NCBI GenBank assembly: GCA_963813715.1
Contig: CAWFAK010000008.1
Location: 64,001 to 128,000, forward strand
Length of the DNA: 64,000 bases
Origin: an uncultured Planctomycetaceae bacterium
GTDB taxonomy: Bacteria; Planctomycetota; Planctomycetia; Planctomycetales; Planctomycetaceae
Direction of reading: 5' to 3'
This document shows, in pieces, positions 13,454 to 25,214 of this stretch; the stretch's first letter is position 1; every line of letters starts with the position of its first letter. Both the position numbers and the translations under genes were made by a program. Under the pieces are notes generated by a model, which was not told the DNA's origin, ran no database searches, and saw only the letters and a list, made by a program, of their open reading frames with translations.

Positions 13454-16400
13454 CGCGATTCCGCCACGATCGGCTCTTCTTCGGGGCGCGCCATGCCGTG
13501 CGAGGTCTTACCGCCGAACCGCTGCGCCAGCCGATCAAAATAGAGATAGATGACGGGCGTGGTGTACAGTGTGAGCAACTGGCTCAAGAGCAGCCCGCCG
13601 ATGATGGTGATTCCCAGCGGACGCCGCAGCTCCGATCCTGTCCCGCTGCCGACAGCCAGCGGCACGGCCCCGAGCAACGCCGCCATCGTGGTCATCATGA
13701 TCGGCCGGAATCGCAAGAGGCAGGCCTGGTAAATCGCCTTGTCGGGCGACATCCCCTGGTGCCGCTCGGCCTCGAGCGCGAAGTCGATCATCATGATGGC
13801 ATTCTTCTTCACAATGCCGATCAAGAGGATAATGCCGATCAGCCCGATCACGCTCAGATCGATGCCGCAGATCAAAAGCGCGAGCACGGCGCCGACACCG
13901 GCGGAGGGGAGCGTCGAGAGAATCGTGATCGGGTGAATGTAGCTCTCGTAGAGCACTCCCAGCACGATGTAGACGGTGATGAGAGCGGCCAGAATCAGCA
14001 CCGGCTCGTTGGCCAACGACGCCAGAAAGGCCGCCGCAGTTCCCTGAAAGCTGCCCTGGATGCTGGCGGGCATCTTCAAATCGTCCTTGACCTTGTCGAT
14101 CGCATGGACCGCCGTTCCCAGCGAGGCGCCCGGCGCTAGGTTGAAGGAAACGGTCACCACCGGAAATTGCCCCTGGTGGTTGATGGCGATGGGGATCGCC
14201 GATTTCTTGGTCTGCGTGAACGCTGACAAGGGCGCGTGGCCCCCGGCGGTCTGGATGTAAATGTCCTTGAGATCCTCGGGCCGCGCGCTGAAGCTGGGTT
14301 CGACCTCGAGCACGACACGGTATTGATTGAGCTGCGTGAACATGATCGAGATCTGCCGCTGCCCGAATGCGTCGTAGAGCGTGTCGTCGATCAGTTCGGG
14401 CGTCACGCCCAGTCGCGAGGCGGTATCGCGGTCGATCGACAGATGCAGCTGCTGCCCGTTGTTCTGCTGGTCGCTCGCAACGTCGCGGAGCTCGGGAATT
14501 TCCCGCAGCTTTTCCACGAACCGCGGCACCCATACGTTCAGCTCGTCGGCGCTGATGTCTTCGAGGCTGTACTGGAACTGCGTGCGGCTGACGCGGGTCT
14601 CGACCGTCAGGTCCTGCACCGGCTGCATGAACAGGCCGATCCCGGCCACGCGGTCCACGAGCGGCTGCAGCCGGCGAATGACCGTGCTCGAATCGATGCC
14701 CCGCTCGGAGGCGGGCTTGAGGTTGATCTGAATGCGGCCGGTGTTGAGCGTGGGGTTCGTCCCGTCGATGCCGATGAACGACGACAGGCTGTCGACCGCG
14801 TCGTCCTGCAGGATCGCCCGGGCCAGGGCCTGCTGACGGCTGGCCATTGCCTCGAACGACACGTCCTGCGGACCTTCGGAAATGCCCATGATCACGCCCG
14901 TGTCCTGCACAGGGAAAAACCCCTTCGGCACGATCACATAGAGATAAATCGTGGCGACGAGCGTGATGAGGAAGACGAACAGTGTCATCGGCTGGTGGCG
15001 TAGCACCACCTGCACGGTCTTGCCGTAAAGGGCGATGGTGCTCTCGAAGAGCTGCTCCGAAGTGCGGTAGAACCAGCTCTGCTTGTCCTCGGGCTTATGG
15101 CGCAGAAGGCGGGCCGCCATCATCGGCGTCAGTGTCAGCGAAACGATCGCCGAAATCAGGATCGTCACGCTTAGTGTGACGGCAAACTCCCGGAACAGCC
15201 GGCCGACGACGTCGCCCATGAACAACAGCGGGATCAATACCGCGATCAGCGAAATGCTCAGCGAGATGATCGTAAAGCCGATTTCGGCCGAGCCCTTGAG
15301 CGCGGCGGGCAGTGGCTCTTCGCCCATTTCGATGTAGCGGGCGATGTTTTCGATCATCACGATCGCGTCGTCGACCACGAAGCCGGTCGAAATCGTCAGC
15401 GCCATTAACGTCAGGTTGTTGAGGCTGAAGTCGAGCATGTACATCACGGCGAACGTGCCCACCAGCGACAACGGCACCGCCACGCTGGGAATCACCGTCG
15501 CCGCGAACGTCCGCAGGAACAGGAAGATCACGAGCACCACCAGGGCGATCGTCAGCATCAGCTCGAACTGCACGTCCTCGACCGAAGCGCGAATCGTCAA
15601 CGTCCGGTCGGTCAGCACGTCGACCTTCACGGCCGCGGGCAGGTTGCTTTTGAGGTCGGGCAAACGCCGCTTGATGTGATCGACGACCTCGATGATGTTC
15701 GCCCCGGGCTGCCGCTGAATGTTGAGAATCACGGCCGGCGTCAGGATCGGTCCCTTGGTGCTGGCCGAGGAGCTCGTCGACTCGCCCTCCTCCCCTTCGG
15801 CGCCCGAGCGCTTCGTGAAACCCATCCACGCCGCCTGGCGCAGATTCTCGACCCCGTCGACCACCGACGCGACGTCGGAGAGGAACACGGGGCCGGTCGG
15901 CCGGTACGCGACCACGAGGTTCTGATATTCCTTGGCCGTCAGCATCTGGTCGTTGGCGGCGATCGTGTAGGCCAGCTTCTTGCCGTCGAAGTTCCCCTTC
16001 GCCTGGTTGACGTTGGCCGCGACGATCGCGTTGCGGACGTCTTCCAGGTTCAGGCCGCGAGACAAAAGCGCCGTCGGATTCAACCGCACGCGAATCGCCG
16101 GCTTTTGTCCCCCCGAAATGCTCACCAGCCCCACGCCCGACATTTGCGCGATCTTTTGCGCGAATCGCGTATCGGCCAGGTCCTCGATCTTCGACAGGGG
16201 CAGCGTGTCGGAGCTGAGGGCCAGCGTGAGAATCGGCGCGTCGGCCGGATTCGTTCTTGTTGTAAATCGGCGGGTTGGGCAGGTCGGCCGGCAGATAGGT
16301 GGCCGCCGCGTTGATCGCCGCCTGCACCTGCTGCTCTTCGACGTCGATGCTGAGCGCCAGGTCGAACTGCAACACGATCACCGAGCTGCCGTCGGAGCTC

Positions 16401-16648
16401 GTCGAAGTCATCTGGTCCAGGCCGGGCACCTGCCCGAACTGCCGCTCCAAAGGCGCCGTCACCGACGACGCCATCACCTCGGGGCTGGCTCCCGGGTAAA
16501 AAGTGACGACCTGAATGGTCGGATAGTCGACCTGCGGCAGCGCCGAGACCGGCAGCTGCTTATAAGCCACGGCTCCGCAGAGCACGATCGCCACCATCAA
16601 CAGCACGGTGGCGACGGGCCGCAGAATGAAGAGTCTCGATGGACTCAT
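13450..16648 (-). CDS. mdtB: RND efflux permease, MdtB-like (frameshift near 16255)
   Basis: N-terminus [14 protein letters not shown] (ORF ending at 16648) joins ORF 13450..16143 via [11 protein letters not shown]. Confidence 0.85.
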
Positions 16649-18177
16649 TGTTCTGTTTTCGTCCCGTTCTGTTTCTGATGTCGGGTTCGTCCGGATCCCG
16701 TCTGCGGCGCCGAGGGGGCCTGGTTGGCAGCCGGGGCCGGCAAGTCGCGACCTGTCGCGGTGTCTGAGGAGCCGTCGCTCGCGGTCGACTGCGACTGGTC
16801 CGGGGCGCTCGTCGAGTCGGACTGCGCGGCACTCGCGTCGGCCGTGCTGTCTTTGGCGTTGTCTGACTTGCTAGCGTTTTTGCCTTTGCCCTTCTTGCCT
16901 GTTTTGATGCTGACCTTCGTCACGCCGGGCATGAGCCGGTCGGTTCCCTCCGTGACGACGACCTCGCCCATGGCCAGTCCAGATTCGATGATCGTCTGGT
17001 CGCCTTCGGTCTGGCCGACTTTGAGCATCCGCATTTCGATGTCCTTGTCCCCCGTCACCACGTAGGCGAACGTGCCGTTGGGGCCGCGCTGCACCGCCCC
17101 GGCCGGAACGATCAGCGCGTTCCGCTCGACCTCGATCAGCGTCTTGGCGTTGACGAACTCATTCGGAAACAGCAGGTTGTCCTCGTTCGAGAAGGTGGCC
17201 CGCAGCTTCACCGTGCCGGTCGTCGTGTCGACCAGGTTGTCGATTGCCGTCAGCTTGCCCGAAGCCAGCTTCGTAGCGAGATCGCGGTTCCACGCCTCGA
17301 CCAGCACGTCTTCGCCGCCCTTGAACTTCTGCTGCACGCGGTAAATGTCGTCCTGCGGAATCGTGTAGATCACCGTGATCGGCTGCAGCTGTGTGATCGT
17401 GGCGAGCGTCGTGGCAGCGGCCGCCTGGACCAGGTTGCCCTTGTCGACTTGCCGCAGGCCGATCCGTCCGGCGATCGGGGCCGTGATGTGGCAGTAGATG
17501 ATCTGCAGCTTGGCGGTGTCGATTGCCGCCTGGTCGGTCTTCACCGCTCCCACGAACTGGCCGACCGTTGCCACCTGCGCATCGAGGGTCTGCTGCGAGA
17601 TGGCATTGGTGACGATTAACTTCTGATAGCGCGCCAGGTCCTGGTTGGCCTGCACGAGCGAGGCTTGGTCCTTCGCCAATTGGCCTTCGGCCTGCGATTG
17701 CTGAACCTGATAGGGCCGCGGGTCGATCTCGACGAGCGGATCTCCGGCCTTGACCATCTGCCCTTCGGTGTAAAGCACCTGCATGACTTCGCCGTCGACC
17801 CGGGTCTTGACGACGTCAGTCTGCAGGGCCGTCACCGTCCCCAGGCTCGACAGATACACATTCATGTCGCCTTTGCGGACGGTCGACGTGACGACCGGGA
17901 TCGGCCGTTGCGCCTTCCCCGCGACCCCTTCCTTGGAGGATTGGAAGAGCGTCGTGTGCTCGACCACGTAGTAGCCGCCCCCGCCGGCCGCAACGAGCAG
18001 CAGCAGAATCCAAATCCACGCGCGGCGCTTTTTCCCCGTTTGGGGCCGAAAGCCCGCATCGTGAAGCTCCGCCCGCGACTCGCCCGTGCGGCCGCCATCG
18101 TGGTGATCCGGCTGCGGCCGCGACTGCACGCCGTCGTGGGGCAGCTCCTCAACTTTTCGAGGCTGAACTGTCGTCAT
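16645..18177 (-). CDS. mdtA: RND periplasmic adaptor, MdtA-like
   Basis: N-terminal [44 protein letters not shown]. Confidence 0.88.
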   Translation of the reverse strand: MTTVQPRKVEELPHDGVQSRPQPDHHDGGRTGESRAELHDAGFRPQTGKKRRAWIWILLLLVAAGGGGYYVVEHTTLFQSSKEGVAGKAQRPIPVVTSTVRKGDMNVYLSSLGTVTALQTDVVKTRVDGEVMQVLYTEGQMVKAGDPLVEIDPRPYQVQQSQAEGQLAKDQASLVQANQDLARYQKLIVTNAISQQTLDAQVATVGQFVGAVKTDQAAIDTAKLQIIYCHITAPIAGRIGLRQVDKGNLVQAAAATTLATITQLQPITVIYTIPQDDIYRVQQKFKGGEDVLVEAWNRDLATKLASGKLTAIDNLVDTTTGTVKLRATFSNEDNLLFPNEFVNAKTLIEVERNALIVPAGAVQRGPNGTFAYVVTGDKDIEMRMLKVGQTEGDQTIIESGLAMGEVVVTEGTDRLMPGVTKVSIKTGKKGKGKNASKSDNAKDSTADASAAQSDSTSAPDQSQSTASDGSSDTATGRDLPAPAANQAPSAPQTGSGRTRHQKQNGTKTEQ

Positions 18178-18789
18178 ACTGAAGCCAACCTGTCGCGAAA
18201 GGATAAGAGAGCATCAACTAAGCGTTTACTCACAACCCATCCGTGCTCAATCGCGGCTATTCCCCGCGGCAATCCTCAACCGTCAACTTTCCGTCGTCGA
18301 TCGGTCGCTTCCGAAGATTCTACCTAACCCCAAAAGTTTTGTGCATACCGGCTTTGCGTCGCGGAGAGGACAAGCGGCAGTCCGCCAACCAGAATTCAAT
18401 CTCCGAGCGCCGAGCATCGCACCACGACGAAACGCAGGGCGACTCCCTGAAAAAACAGCCTAAGTCGCTGAGAGCTGCGAAAATGCAAAGCAAAGGCCGG
18501 GGCGGGAGTGCGCCACCAAGATTAAAAAGGGCACATTTCATGCCGCAGGGCCTCGCGCGCCTCATCGCGGCACCCGCCGAAAAAACTTCCTGAAAAGCAA
18601 CTGAAGACACCGACGAGCGATCGATTTCATCGCTCGACACCCAGTCGACACGCGTGCTTGTGAGCGTTTGCTCCCTCACGCGAACGGCGCCGTGCGAACC
18701 CCAGCGCGGTCGGCGGCGTCCCTCTCTCAATTCTAGAACACGCACCGTGCATGCCACGGCACAATCGTCGCGCACTTCCAGCCAATCGC

Positions 18790-18818
18790 TTGAAGCGCTC
18801 CCGCGCCGCAAGTAGAAT
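18790..18818 (+). promoter_or_regulatory. Sigma70-like promoter for tRNA-Lys
   Basis: TTGAAG-17bp-TAGAAT about 90 bp upstream of the tRNA. Confidence 0.6.
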
Positions 18819-18907
18819 TCGCGACTCGACTTTTCGCCGACCGGATTTAATTCGACGCTCGCCGCTCGCCGACGCAACGTCGGCAACGCGAGGCCCATCG
18901 GCCACCG

Positions 18908-18980
18908 GCCCCTATAGCTCAATTGGTAGAGCAACTGACTCTTAATCAGTAGGTTCTTGGTTCGAGTCCAAGTGGGGGCA
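18908..18980 (+). tRNA. tRNA-Lys (anticodon CTT), CCA not encoded
   Basis: Acceptor GCCCCTA/TGGGGGC, D-arm TAGCTCAATTGGTAGAGC, anticodon arm ACTGA-CTCTTAA-TCAGT, T-loop GGTTCGAGTCC. Confidence 0.97.
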
Positions 18981-19316
18981 TTTGACGGGCGAAGACTGTG
19001 GAAACGGACGGCCGCCCGCCAGGTTCGTCCGATGGTCCGACGGAATGGACCGGGCCGATGGGTTGGTTTGGCCTCTTCAGCCCGGTTCTTGCATCCGTCA
19101 TTGGTCAGACACTCCGCGGCACCTTGGCGAGGAGTGTGCCTGTCTTCAATCTAGGGACCGCGAACGGCGCCTTGGTCAGCCCCTGCCGAAGGCGTGAAGG
19201 TCTGCGTTGGATCAGTTCGGCGTGCGGTGACTCAACCCGGTTGCCCTCGTACGCTTGGCTGAGCAATCGGGCTGGTCTGCGGCGCGGGTTGCCGGTCTGT
19301 CCTGCGTCAGTCTGAC

Positions 19317-20615
19317 CTACTGGAGTAGGAGCCTAGCGGGAACAGACTCTTGCTGGCCCAACTGCCAGAGCTCGACATCGTTCCGATTGTCGTCGACCGG
19401 GGCGATGCTCACGTTCTTCCCGACCTGCGAGACGCCGACGCTCAAGGCGGCACCGGCCGTGCCGGAGTCGAGCTGCCGCGTTCCGACAAGCTGGCCCGTG
19501 CTGGGGGGCTCGACGGTCATGCTCGGCAAGCCCGTCGTCGGCATGTTCACGCTGGCTGCCACGCCGTTGGCCACGATCGGATCGCTGTTGAGGGCGGTGG
19601 TTAGCCCCATCGACTCGTGCAGAAACGCCAGGACGCTGGGCGTCGCTTCAAAGGAGTGGAAGACCCCGTTGGCGTCCGAATAGAACCCGGTGATCTGGCC
19701 GAAGTCGTTGATCCCGGTGATTTGCGTGACCTCAACGCCGTTGTCGAAGGCCTCGCTGGGATCGTCCAGGAACGTGTACTGACCCGTGTGGGTGTTATAG
19801 ATGAACCCGTGCTGGCTGGTCGTCGAGTCGCCGTAATAGCCCACCGCGATGCCTTCATCGTTGATCCCCAGGATCTGCGAGAAGACGAACGTGGCGCCCG
19901 GCTCGCCGGGGACAGCCGGAATCGTTGGGTCGGCGACCGCCGTGCCGGTCAACTCGCCGGAGCGCGCGTCGTACTCGTGGGCGATGAAGCCGTGGTCCTG
20001 GCCGTCCGTGCCGACGTAGAAGCCGACGACCAGGCCAAGATTGTTGATCCCCTGGGCGTTAACGATGTCAGGCCCCGAGGGCGCATCGATCCGGATTGCC
20101 GTGTGGGGATTGGGCAGGATGAAGCCGGGCATCTCGTCGCCGTCCGTGTACTGGCCGACGATCTGGCCGAGGTCGTTGATCCCGAAGGCCGTCGCGGCCG
20201 AACCGCCCAGCGGGATGAACGTGTGCACGTTGCCGTTTGAGAGAGAGAAGGCATTCCCGTTGCCGTCGTTGCCCACCACGGTCCCGAACAGATTGACCCC
20301 CAAGGCCATGGCGGTAGTCGACCCGTTGATGTTCAGTTCCTGGACCTTCGGCGACAGAAGCGGATTGACGGTGAAGTTGTGGAGATTCCCGTTGTTGTCG
20401 ATGTCGAACCCGACAACCCTACCGGAGTTGGAGATCCCGTTCTCGTTGCTGCCGGCCGCGGCGTTGGTCCCCGCGTTGGGCCCGTTGAAATTGAGGAACT
20501 TGTAGCCACCCGCCGCGGCGGTGCCGAGGACCGTGATGTTCGCCGAAAGCAGCGAACGGTCTTCCAGGATTTCGACGCTCAAGACACAGTCGGAACGCCT
20601 GCGAGTGGACTTCAT
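19317..20615 (-). CDS. Exported repeat protein with Planctomycete LEPR-XLL-like N-terminal motif and HAF-like repeats
   Basis: MKSTRRRS..LSVEILEDRSLLS; repeated (A/T)xGINDxGQIVGxY..HGF units. Confidence 0.75.
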   Translation of the reverse strand: MKSTRRRSDCVLSVEILEDRSLLSANITVLGTAAAGGYKFLNFNGPNAGTNAAAGSNENGISNSGRVVGFDIDNNGNLHNFTVNPLLSPKVQELNINGSTTAMALGVNLFGTVVGNDGNGNAFSLSNGNVHTFIPLGGSAATAFGINDLGQIVGQYTDGDEMPGFILPNPHTAIRIDAPSGPDIVNAQGINNLGLVVGFYVGTDGQDHGFIAHEYDARSGELTGTAVADPTIPAVPGEPGATFVFSQILGINDEGIAVGYYGDSTTSQHGFIYNTHTGQYTFLDDPSEAFDNGVEVTQITGINDFGQITGFYSDANGVFHSFEATPSVLAFLHESMGLTTALNSDPIVANGVAASVNMPTTGLPSMTVEPPSTGQLVGTRQLDSGTAGAALSVGVSQVGKNVSIAPVDDNRNDVELWQLGQQESVPARLLLQ

Positions 20616-20899
20616 GGGATGTTCCTCCAAAGAGCGGTACGACGAAGAAGAACGGCCCGCTGACGCCGCCCCAGAGCGGCGTGAATTATAATAACAACCT
20701 GCGTGAAGAAACTGTGCCGGGGACGTGAGCACACGGTTAACGACGGGCGACTGCGGCATCGACAGCGGTCGGACGCACCGTGAACAACCTTGCTGAATAC
20801 CTCAACCGCATCGATCGCGTGCCCGGAGTCTCGATGAAGCGGGCGAACCCCTCCCTCGTCAAACCAGACACGCTAAGATGAAGAAAGTGGCGGACGAGG

Positions 20900-21349
20900 A
20901 TGGAAACGAGCGCGATGTCGGACACTCACGAACATCAATGTTCGCGATGCGGGAATTCCTGGCAGCACAGCCAGGTATCGCACGAGCGCTATCGTGACCA
21001 CATTTGTCCGTCGTGCGGCTATCTCGAGTTGATGGTCTTCAAACCGGGCGCGCCGCCGATGGGGGCTGACGATCTGCCGCGGGCCGTGGCCAATTTTCTC
21101 AAGGTGCTGACCGACTCCGACGAGTCCGCCCGCGCGGCGGCCGCCTGCTCCTTGGGTTATTTGCAGGCGGAACCCGATCGGGCCATTCCCGCGCTGGCGC
21201 TGGCGGCCATCGGCGATCGTGACGCTTCCGTTCGGCAAGCGGCCGCTGACGGCTTGCGCCGCTTCGGCCCCGCGAGATGTGAGGAAGCGGCCGGCTGCTT
21301 ATGGCCGGCCATCGCCGCGATCTTCGAAGAACGGAAAACGCCGCGGTAA
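20900..21349 (+). CDS. Zn-ribbon plus HEAT-repeat protein
   Basis: CSRC..CPSC followed by DSDESARAAAACSLG and DRDASVRQAAADGL. Confidence 0.65.
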   Translation: METSAMSDTHEHQCSRCGNSWQHSQVSHERYRDHICPSCGYLELMVFKPGAPPMGADDLPRAVANFLKVLTDSDESARAAAACSLGYLQAEPDRAIPALALAAIGDRDASVRQAAADGLRRFGPARCEEAAGCLWPAIAAIFEERKTPR

Positions 21350-21518
21350 GGCGCGCCGTGTTTGCCCGTCGCTCGTCCAGTCGATTACGCCGCTCGCATG
21401 CCAGCTGCGGGCGTCGGCGATACAATCAGCGAACGGCCCGTGGGGGGTCGGCGAATAGCCGCAAGCTCTGCGAAAATAAGCGCGGGGCCTGGGTGTGAGT
21501 TCTGTGCGAGGTGTCGCG

Positions 21519-22631
21519 ATGAGAATGCAGACGTTGAGCCTGGCCGTGGTGGTTGCCGCCGGTTGCGCTGTCGTGGGATCCGCGAGGGGCGACGGATATC
21601 TGACGTCCGTCGGCAGCGGCGACGAGAAAATTCCGGTCGTCGTGGTCCGGGGCACGCCCTTCGAGATGGGCAAGCGGCTGGGCGAGCTGACCAAGGCGGA
21701 TGCCGTCGAATTCACGCACACGGCGCTCGAGCGGATTCAGGCCAGCGATCCGAAGCGGTTCTCCAACGAGTCGTTGGATGCGGCCTGGAAGGCGATCGCA
21801 CCGCACACGGATCCCCGCTTCAAAGAGGAATTGCGCGGCTTGTCCGAGGGGACCAGCCTGTCGCTCGAAGAGCTGCATCGCTCGCATGCGCTGCCGGTGG
21901 TGGCCGACTATGCGTGCAGCAGCATCGCCGCCTGGGGCAGTGCGACCAAGGACGGGCATCTGTATCAGACTCGCAATCTCGACTGGGAGATGAACCTGAC
22001 GGCCCAGGACCACCCCTGCATCGTCGTCTACGTTCCCAACCATGGGATCCCGCACGCAAGCATGACGTTTGCCGGGTGCATCGGTGCGAATACGGGGATC
22101 AACGCGCAGGGGATTGTGCTGTCCGAAATAGGCGATTCGCCCGGCAGCGACTTTCCGTTCGACATCAACGGCGTGCACTTCACGACGCTGTTTCGCACGG
22201 TGCTCTACGATGCCGACAGCCTGGACAAAGCCGTCGAGATCTTCCAATCGGCCAAGCGGATCAAGAAGTATCACTTCGTCGTCGGCGACGGTAAGAACGG
22301 CAAGGCGGTGAAAATGCTGGCCCACGCCCCGGCTTTGATCGTCTGGCGCGACAACGACTCGAAGGATGAACTGGCCCCGCACGTGCTCAAGAACCTCGTC
22401 TACCACGACGAAGGTCGCGGTGCGTTTCCGCCGCTGAAGCAGTTGTACGGCAAGATCGGCGCTCCGGAGCTGATTGACGTCGCCTGCAAGATTCCGATCA
22501 AAGGGACGAACGTGCTCGACGTGATTTACGACGCGACGGCCCTGGAATTCTGGGTGTCGTACGCGAAGAAAGACGTCGAGGCGTACAAGCGGCCCTTCGT
22601 GCACGTCAAGTTGAAGGATTACCTCAACTAG
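21519..22631 (+). CDS. C45-family autoproteolytic Ntn acyltransferase/hydrolase, exported
   Basis: Signal peptide, GTPFEMG, A-CSSIAAWG nucleophile Cys, TRNLDW, GINAQGI. Confidence 0.85.
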   Translation: MRMQTLSLAVVVAAGCAVVGSARGDGYLTSVGSGDEKIPVVVVRGTPFEMGKRLGELTKADAVEFTHTALERIQASDPKRFSNESLDAAWKAIAPHTDPRFKEELRGLSEGTSLSLEELHRSHALPVVADYACSSIAAWGSATKDGHLYQTRNLDWEMNLTAQDHPCIVVYVPNHGIPHASMTFAGCIGANTGINAQGIVLSEIGDSPGSDFPFDINGVHFTTLFRTVLYDADSLDKAVEIFQSAKRIKKYHFVVGDGKNGKAVKMLAHAPALIVWRDNDSKDELAPHVLKNLVYHDEGRGAFPPLKQLYGKIGAPELIDVACKIPIKGTNVLDVIYDATALEFWVSYAKKDVEAYKRPFVHVKLKDYLN

Positions 22632-23776
22632 TGCGTGGGTGATCCGGTCGGGCTCGGTGACTGCGCTTTCGGCAAGGTCTTGGCGGCGGCCAGATCTCGC
22701 TCTGCGTTCTGAAACTTGAGCAGTTGCGTTTTGAGCTCGTTGGTCAACTGGAGCTGGCGCCATGGCGGTAACCTCTGGGCGCGGACCAGGGCCTCTCGCT
22801 CGAGCCGAACGGCTTCCATCGGATTACCGAGTTGATAATGGGCCTCGGCCGCCGTATCGATGTATCCCGGCCGGCGGCGAATGGCCAGGGCCTTGGTGAC
22901 TAATTCCAGCGCGCGCGGGGGGTCTTTTGCGCCGTTTTGGTCCGGAAATAAGTAACTCCAGGCGAGCGCGTTGAGCGTTTCCGCGTGGTGGTCGCTCGAT
23001 TCGTCGTCGGAGCATGCCAGCGCCAGCTCGAGTGCCAGGCGGGCCGTGCGATAGTGCTGTACCCCCAACTCATCAATGCCGTGCGCCTGAATGGTTGCGA
23101 CCCAGGCCTCCGGCGACACCCAAACGTCGCGCCGCCGCTCGCTGGCCTCGGACGTTTTGGCAAAAGCGACCTGCGAGGCCTCGCGGAGAAAATAGCCACA
23201 GAAGAACGTCGCCAGACAGCAGAGTCCAAAACCCTCCACAGTTGTCCACGGTCGGCTCCAGCGCGAGGGAGCGGATTTCGGCGACGCGGTCACGACCGGG
23301 ACGCCACCGGGGAAACCGCTCACATCGTCCGTCGGGGCGAGGGTCGATGGCGCTGGCCAGGAGGCGACTGGCACGGGCCGACTCGCGAGGGAAGACGGGG
23401 GGGATGATGGTTGGCCGGACGATTCGGTACTTTTCTCCGTCGCTGCCACGTCGACTTCCTCGGGCAGGCGCTTGAAAATTCGCTGGGCCAGTTGCTCTCG
23501 CTGTTCCGCGGGCAGGTCCCTGAGCCGGACGGCAATTTGCTCGATCGGCGCAGCCGCCGCGCGGGTCTGATCGTCCTCCCCCGGAACGGCCGCATAACGC
23601 ACGCGATTGTAAGCGGCGGAGATGTCGGCGGCCGCCGTAGCGTCCAATAGGCCCTCGGCCGACAGGGCGATCAGGTACTCGGCCAGCAGGATATTCGTCG
23701 GTCGCGCCAGTCCGAGCGATTCCAGTTCAAGCAGCGCCCGATCCAACGCATTGTCAGTCACCTGAGTGGACGCCAT
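22628..23776 (-). CDS. Membrane protein with DUF4129-like N-terminus and TPR C-terminus
   Basis: AAYNRVRYA, Pro/Ser linker, one TM, LNALAW..YIDTAAEAHYQLG. Confidence 0.6.
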   Translation of the reverse strand: MASTQVTDNALDRALLELESLGLARPTNILLAEYLIALSAEGLLDATAAADISAAYNRVRYAAVPGEDDQTRAAAAPIEQIAVRLRDLPAEQREQLAQRIFKRLPEEVDVAATEKSTESSGQPSSPPSSLASRPVPVASWPAPSTLAPTDDVSGFPGGVPVVTASPKSAPSRWSRPWTTVEGFGLCCLATFFCGYFLREASQVAFAKTSEASERRRDVWVSPEAWVATIQAHGIDELGVQHYRTARLALELALACSDDESSDHHAETLNALAWSYLFPDQNGAKDPPRALELVTKALAIRRRPGYIDTAAEAHYQLGNPMEAVRLEREALVRAQRLPPWRQLQLTNELKTQLLKFQNAERDLAAAKTLPKAQSPSPTGSPTH

Positions 23777-23993
23777 CGCGAACCCTCGACAGGAGTGTAA
23801 ATCGAACCCCATTGCAGTCTGGTCGCGGGCCGCCATTGAAGCAAGGCGCAACTGGGGCGTGGCACTGCGCTCTGCAATGCAGAATGTCGATGGCAGCGAC
23901 ATAATCGAGTTGCCGGCCATGTTGACGGCATTGTCGCGATGTCAGGCTGCCGACGGCGATTCCAGCTGATCTCTCCGGGCAAGGACGACAGAA

Positions 23994-24560
23994 ATGCCTC
24001 TCACCCAGCTCGACAACATCTCGGCCCTGGTCGTGATCGACTTACAGAAAGGGATCGTCGGCATTCCCACGGCCCACCTGGCCGGCGAGATCGTGGCCCG
24101 AGCTGCGCATCTCGCGCAGGCGTTCCGCGAGCACGGATTGCTGGTGGTGCTCGTGAATGTGTCGGGGCCGAGCGCACCGAGAGCGACACCGAAATTTGCC
24201 TTTCAGGCCGATTGGTCCGAGTTCGTTCCCGAACTGGCCGCCGTGCCCACGGATCTGCGGATCACGAAGCAACGCTTCGGCGCGTTCTTGGGTACGTCGT
24301 TGGACGCCGAACTACGAAAGCGCGGCGTCACGCAGATCGTGCTGGCCGGAATCTCGACGAGCATCGGCGTCGAATCGACGGCGCGCAGCGCCTACGACCT
24401 GGGTTACAACGTGACACTCGTCGTCGACGCGATGACCGATCGCAGTCCCGAGATGCACCGTCACAGCGTCGAGAAAGTCTTCCCGCGACTGGGGGAGACA
24501 GGCACGACCGACGAGTTACTTTGGCTGCTCGAGACGCGACGGGCCGCAGCCGCCAACTGA
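23994..24560 (+). CDS. Isochorismatase/cysteine hydrolase family protein
   Basis: ALVVIDLQKG, TKQRFGAF, GISTSIGVESTAR. Confidence 0.92.
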   Translation: MPLTQLDNISALVVIDLQKGIVGIPTAHLAGEIVARAAHLAQAFREHGLLVVLVNVSGPSAPRATPKFAFQADWSEFVPELAAVPTDLRITKQRFGAFLGTSLDAELRKRGVTQIVLAGISTSIGVESTARSAYDLGYNVTLVVDAMTDRSPEMHRHSVEKVFPRLGETGTTDELLWLLETRRAAAAN

Positions 24561-24647
24561 TGCGATGAATTTCGTGGCGAGCGAGGCCGCGCGGGCATAC
24601 ACTGGCCACGTGGTCGGACGCGAGAAGAAATCCGCGGAGAACGCCTG

Positions 24648-25139
24648 ATGTCAGTCAACACGGCCAAACCGGTCAACACAGCCAAGGTCGCCGGGAGGCG
24701 CCAATTGAAGTTTGCCTCCTACGAAGAGTTGCTGGCTGACCTCGATCGGCTCAACTCCGGCCCGATCCAGTCGCTGGGCAACTGGTCGCCGGGGCAAAAC
24801 TTTCGCCACTTGGCCGTCGTCTACAATTCGTCGATCGACGGCTTTTCGATGACATTCCCGCCGCACATCCGCCTCGTCGCAAAGCTGTTCCGCAAGAAAC
24901 TGCTGACCATGCAAATGCCCCCCGGCTTGAAACTGCCCGCCTCGGGCCGAAAGACCCTGCTGCCGCCTCCCACCCCCACTGACGAAGGGGCCGCGCAATT
25001 GCGCGAAGCCGTGGCGCGGCTGCAGCGCGAGCCCAAGCGGGCCAACCATCCCGTGTTCGGCCCCTTAACCCGCGAAGAGTGGGATCGAGTCCACCTGACC
25101 CATGCCAGTCTGCATTTGAGCTTCCTGGTTCCGCAGTGA
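24648..25139 (+). CDS. DUF1569/DinB-superfamily protein
   Basis: GNWSPGQNFRHL, HPVFGPLTREEW, HASLHLSF. Confidence 0.8.
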   Translation: MSVNTAKPVNTAKVAGRRQLKFASYEELLADLDRLNSGPIQSLGNWSPGQNFRHLAVVYNSSIDGFSMTFPPHIRLVAKLFRKKLLTMQMPPGLKLPASGRKTLLPPPTPTDEGAAQLREAVARLQREPKRANHPVFGPLTREEWDRVHLTHASLHLSFLVPQ

Positions 25140-25214
25140 GCCGCGACAAACTTCGTGTGACGGCCCGTTCGATGAATAGCCGTCTCGACTCAAAGAGGGA
25201 ATAAAGCGAGAACG

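Noticed and set aside
18180..18780. Long intergenic region as an ncRNA or riboswitch
   Set aside because: No recognisable motif or convincing structure by eye; an Rfam scan would be needed
18908..19316. tRNA-Lys as a genomic-island attachment site
   Set aside because: No integrase nearby, and I saw no duplicated tRNA 3' end in the window
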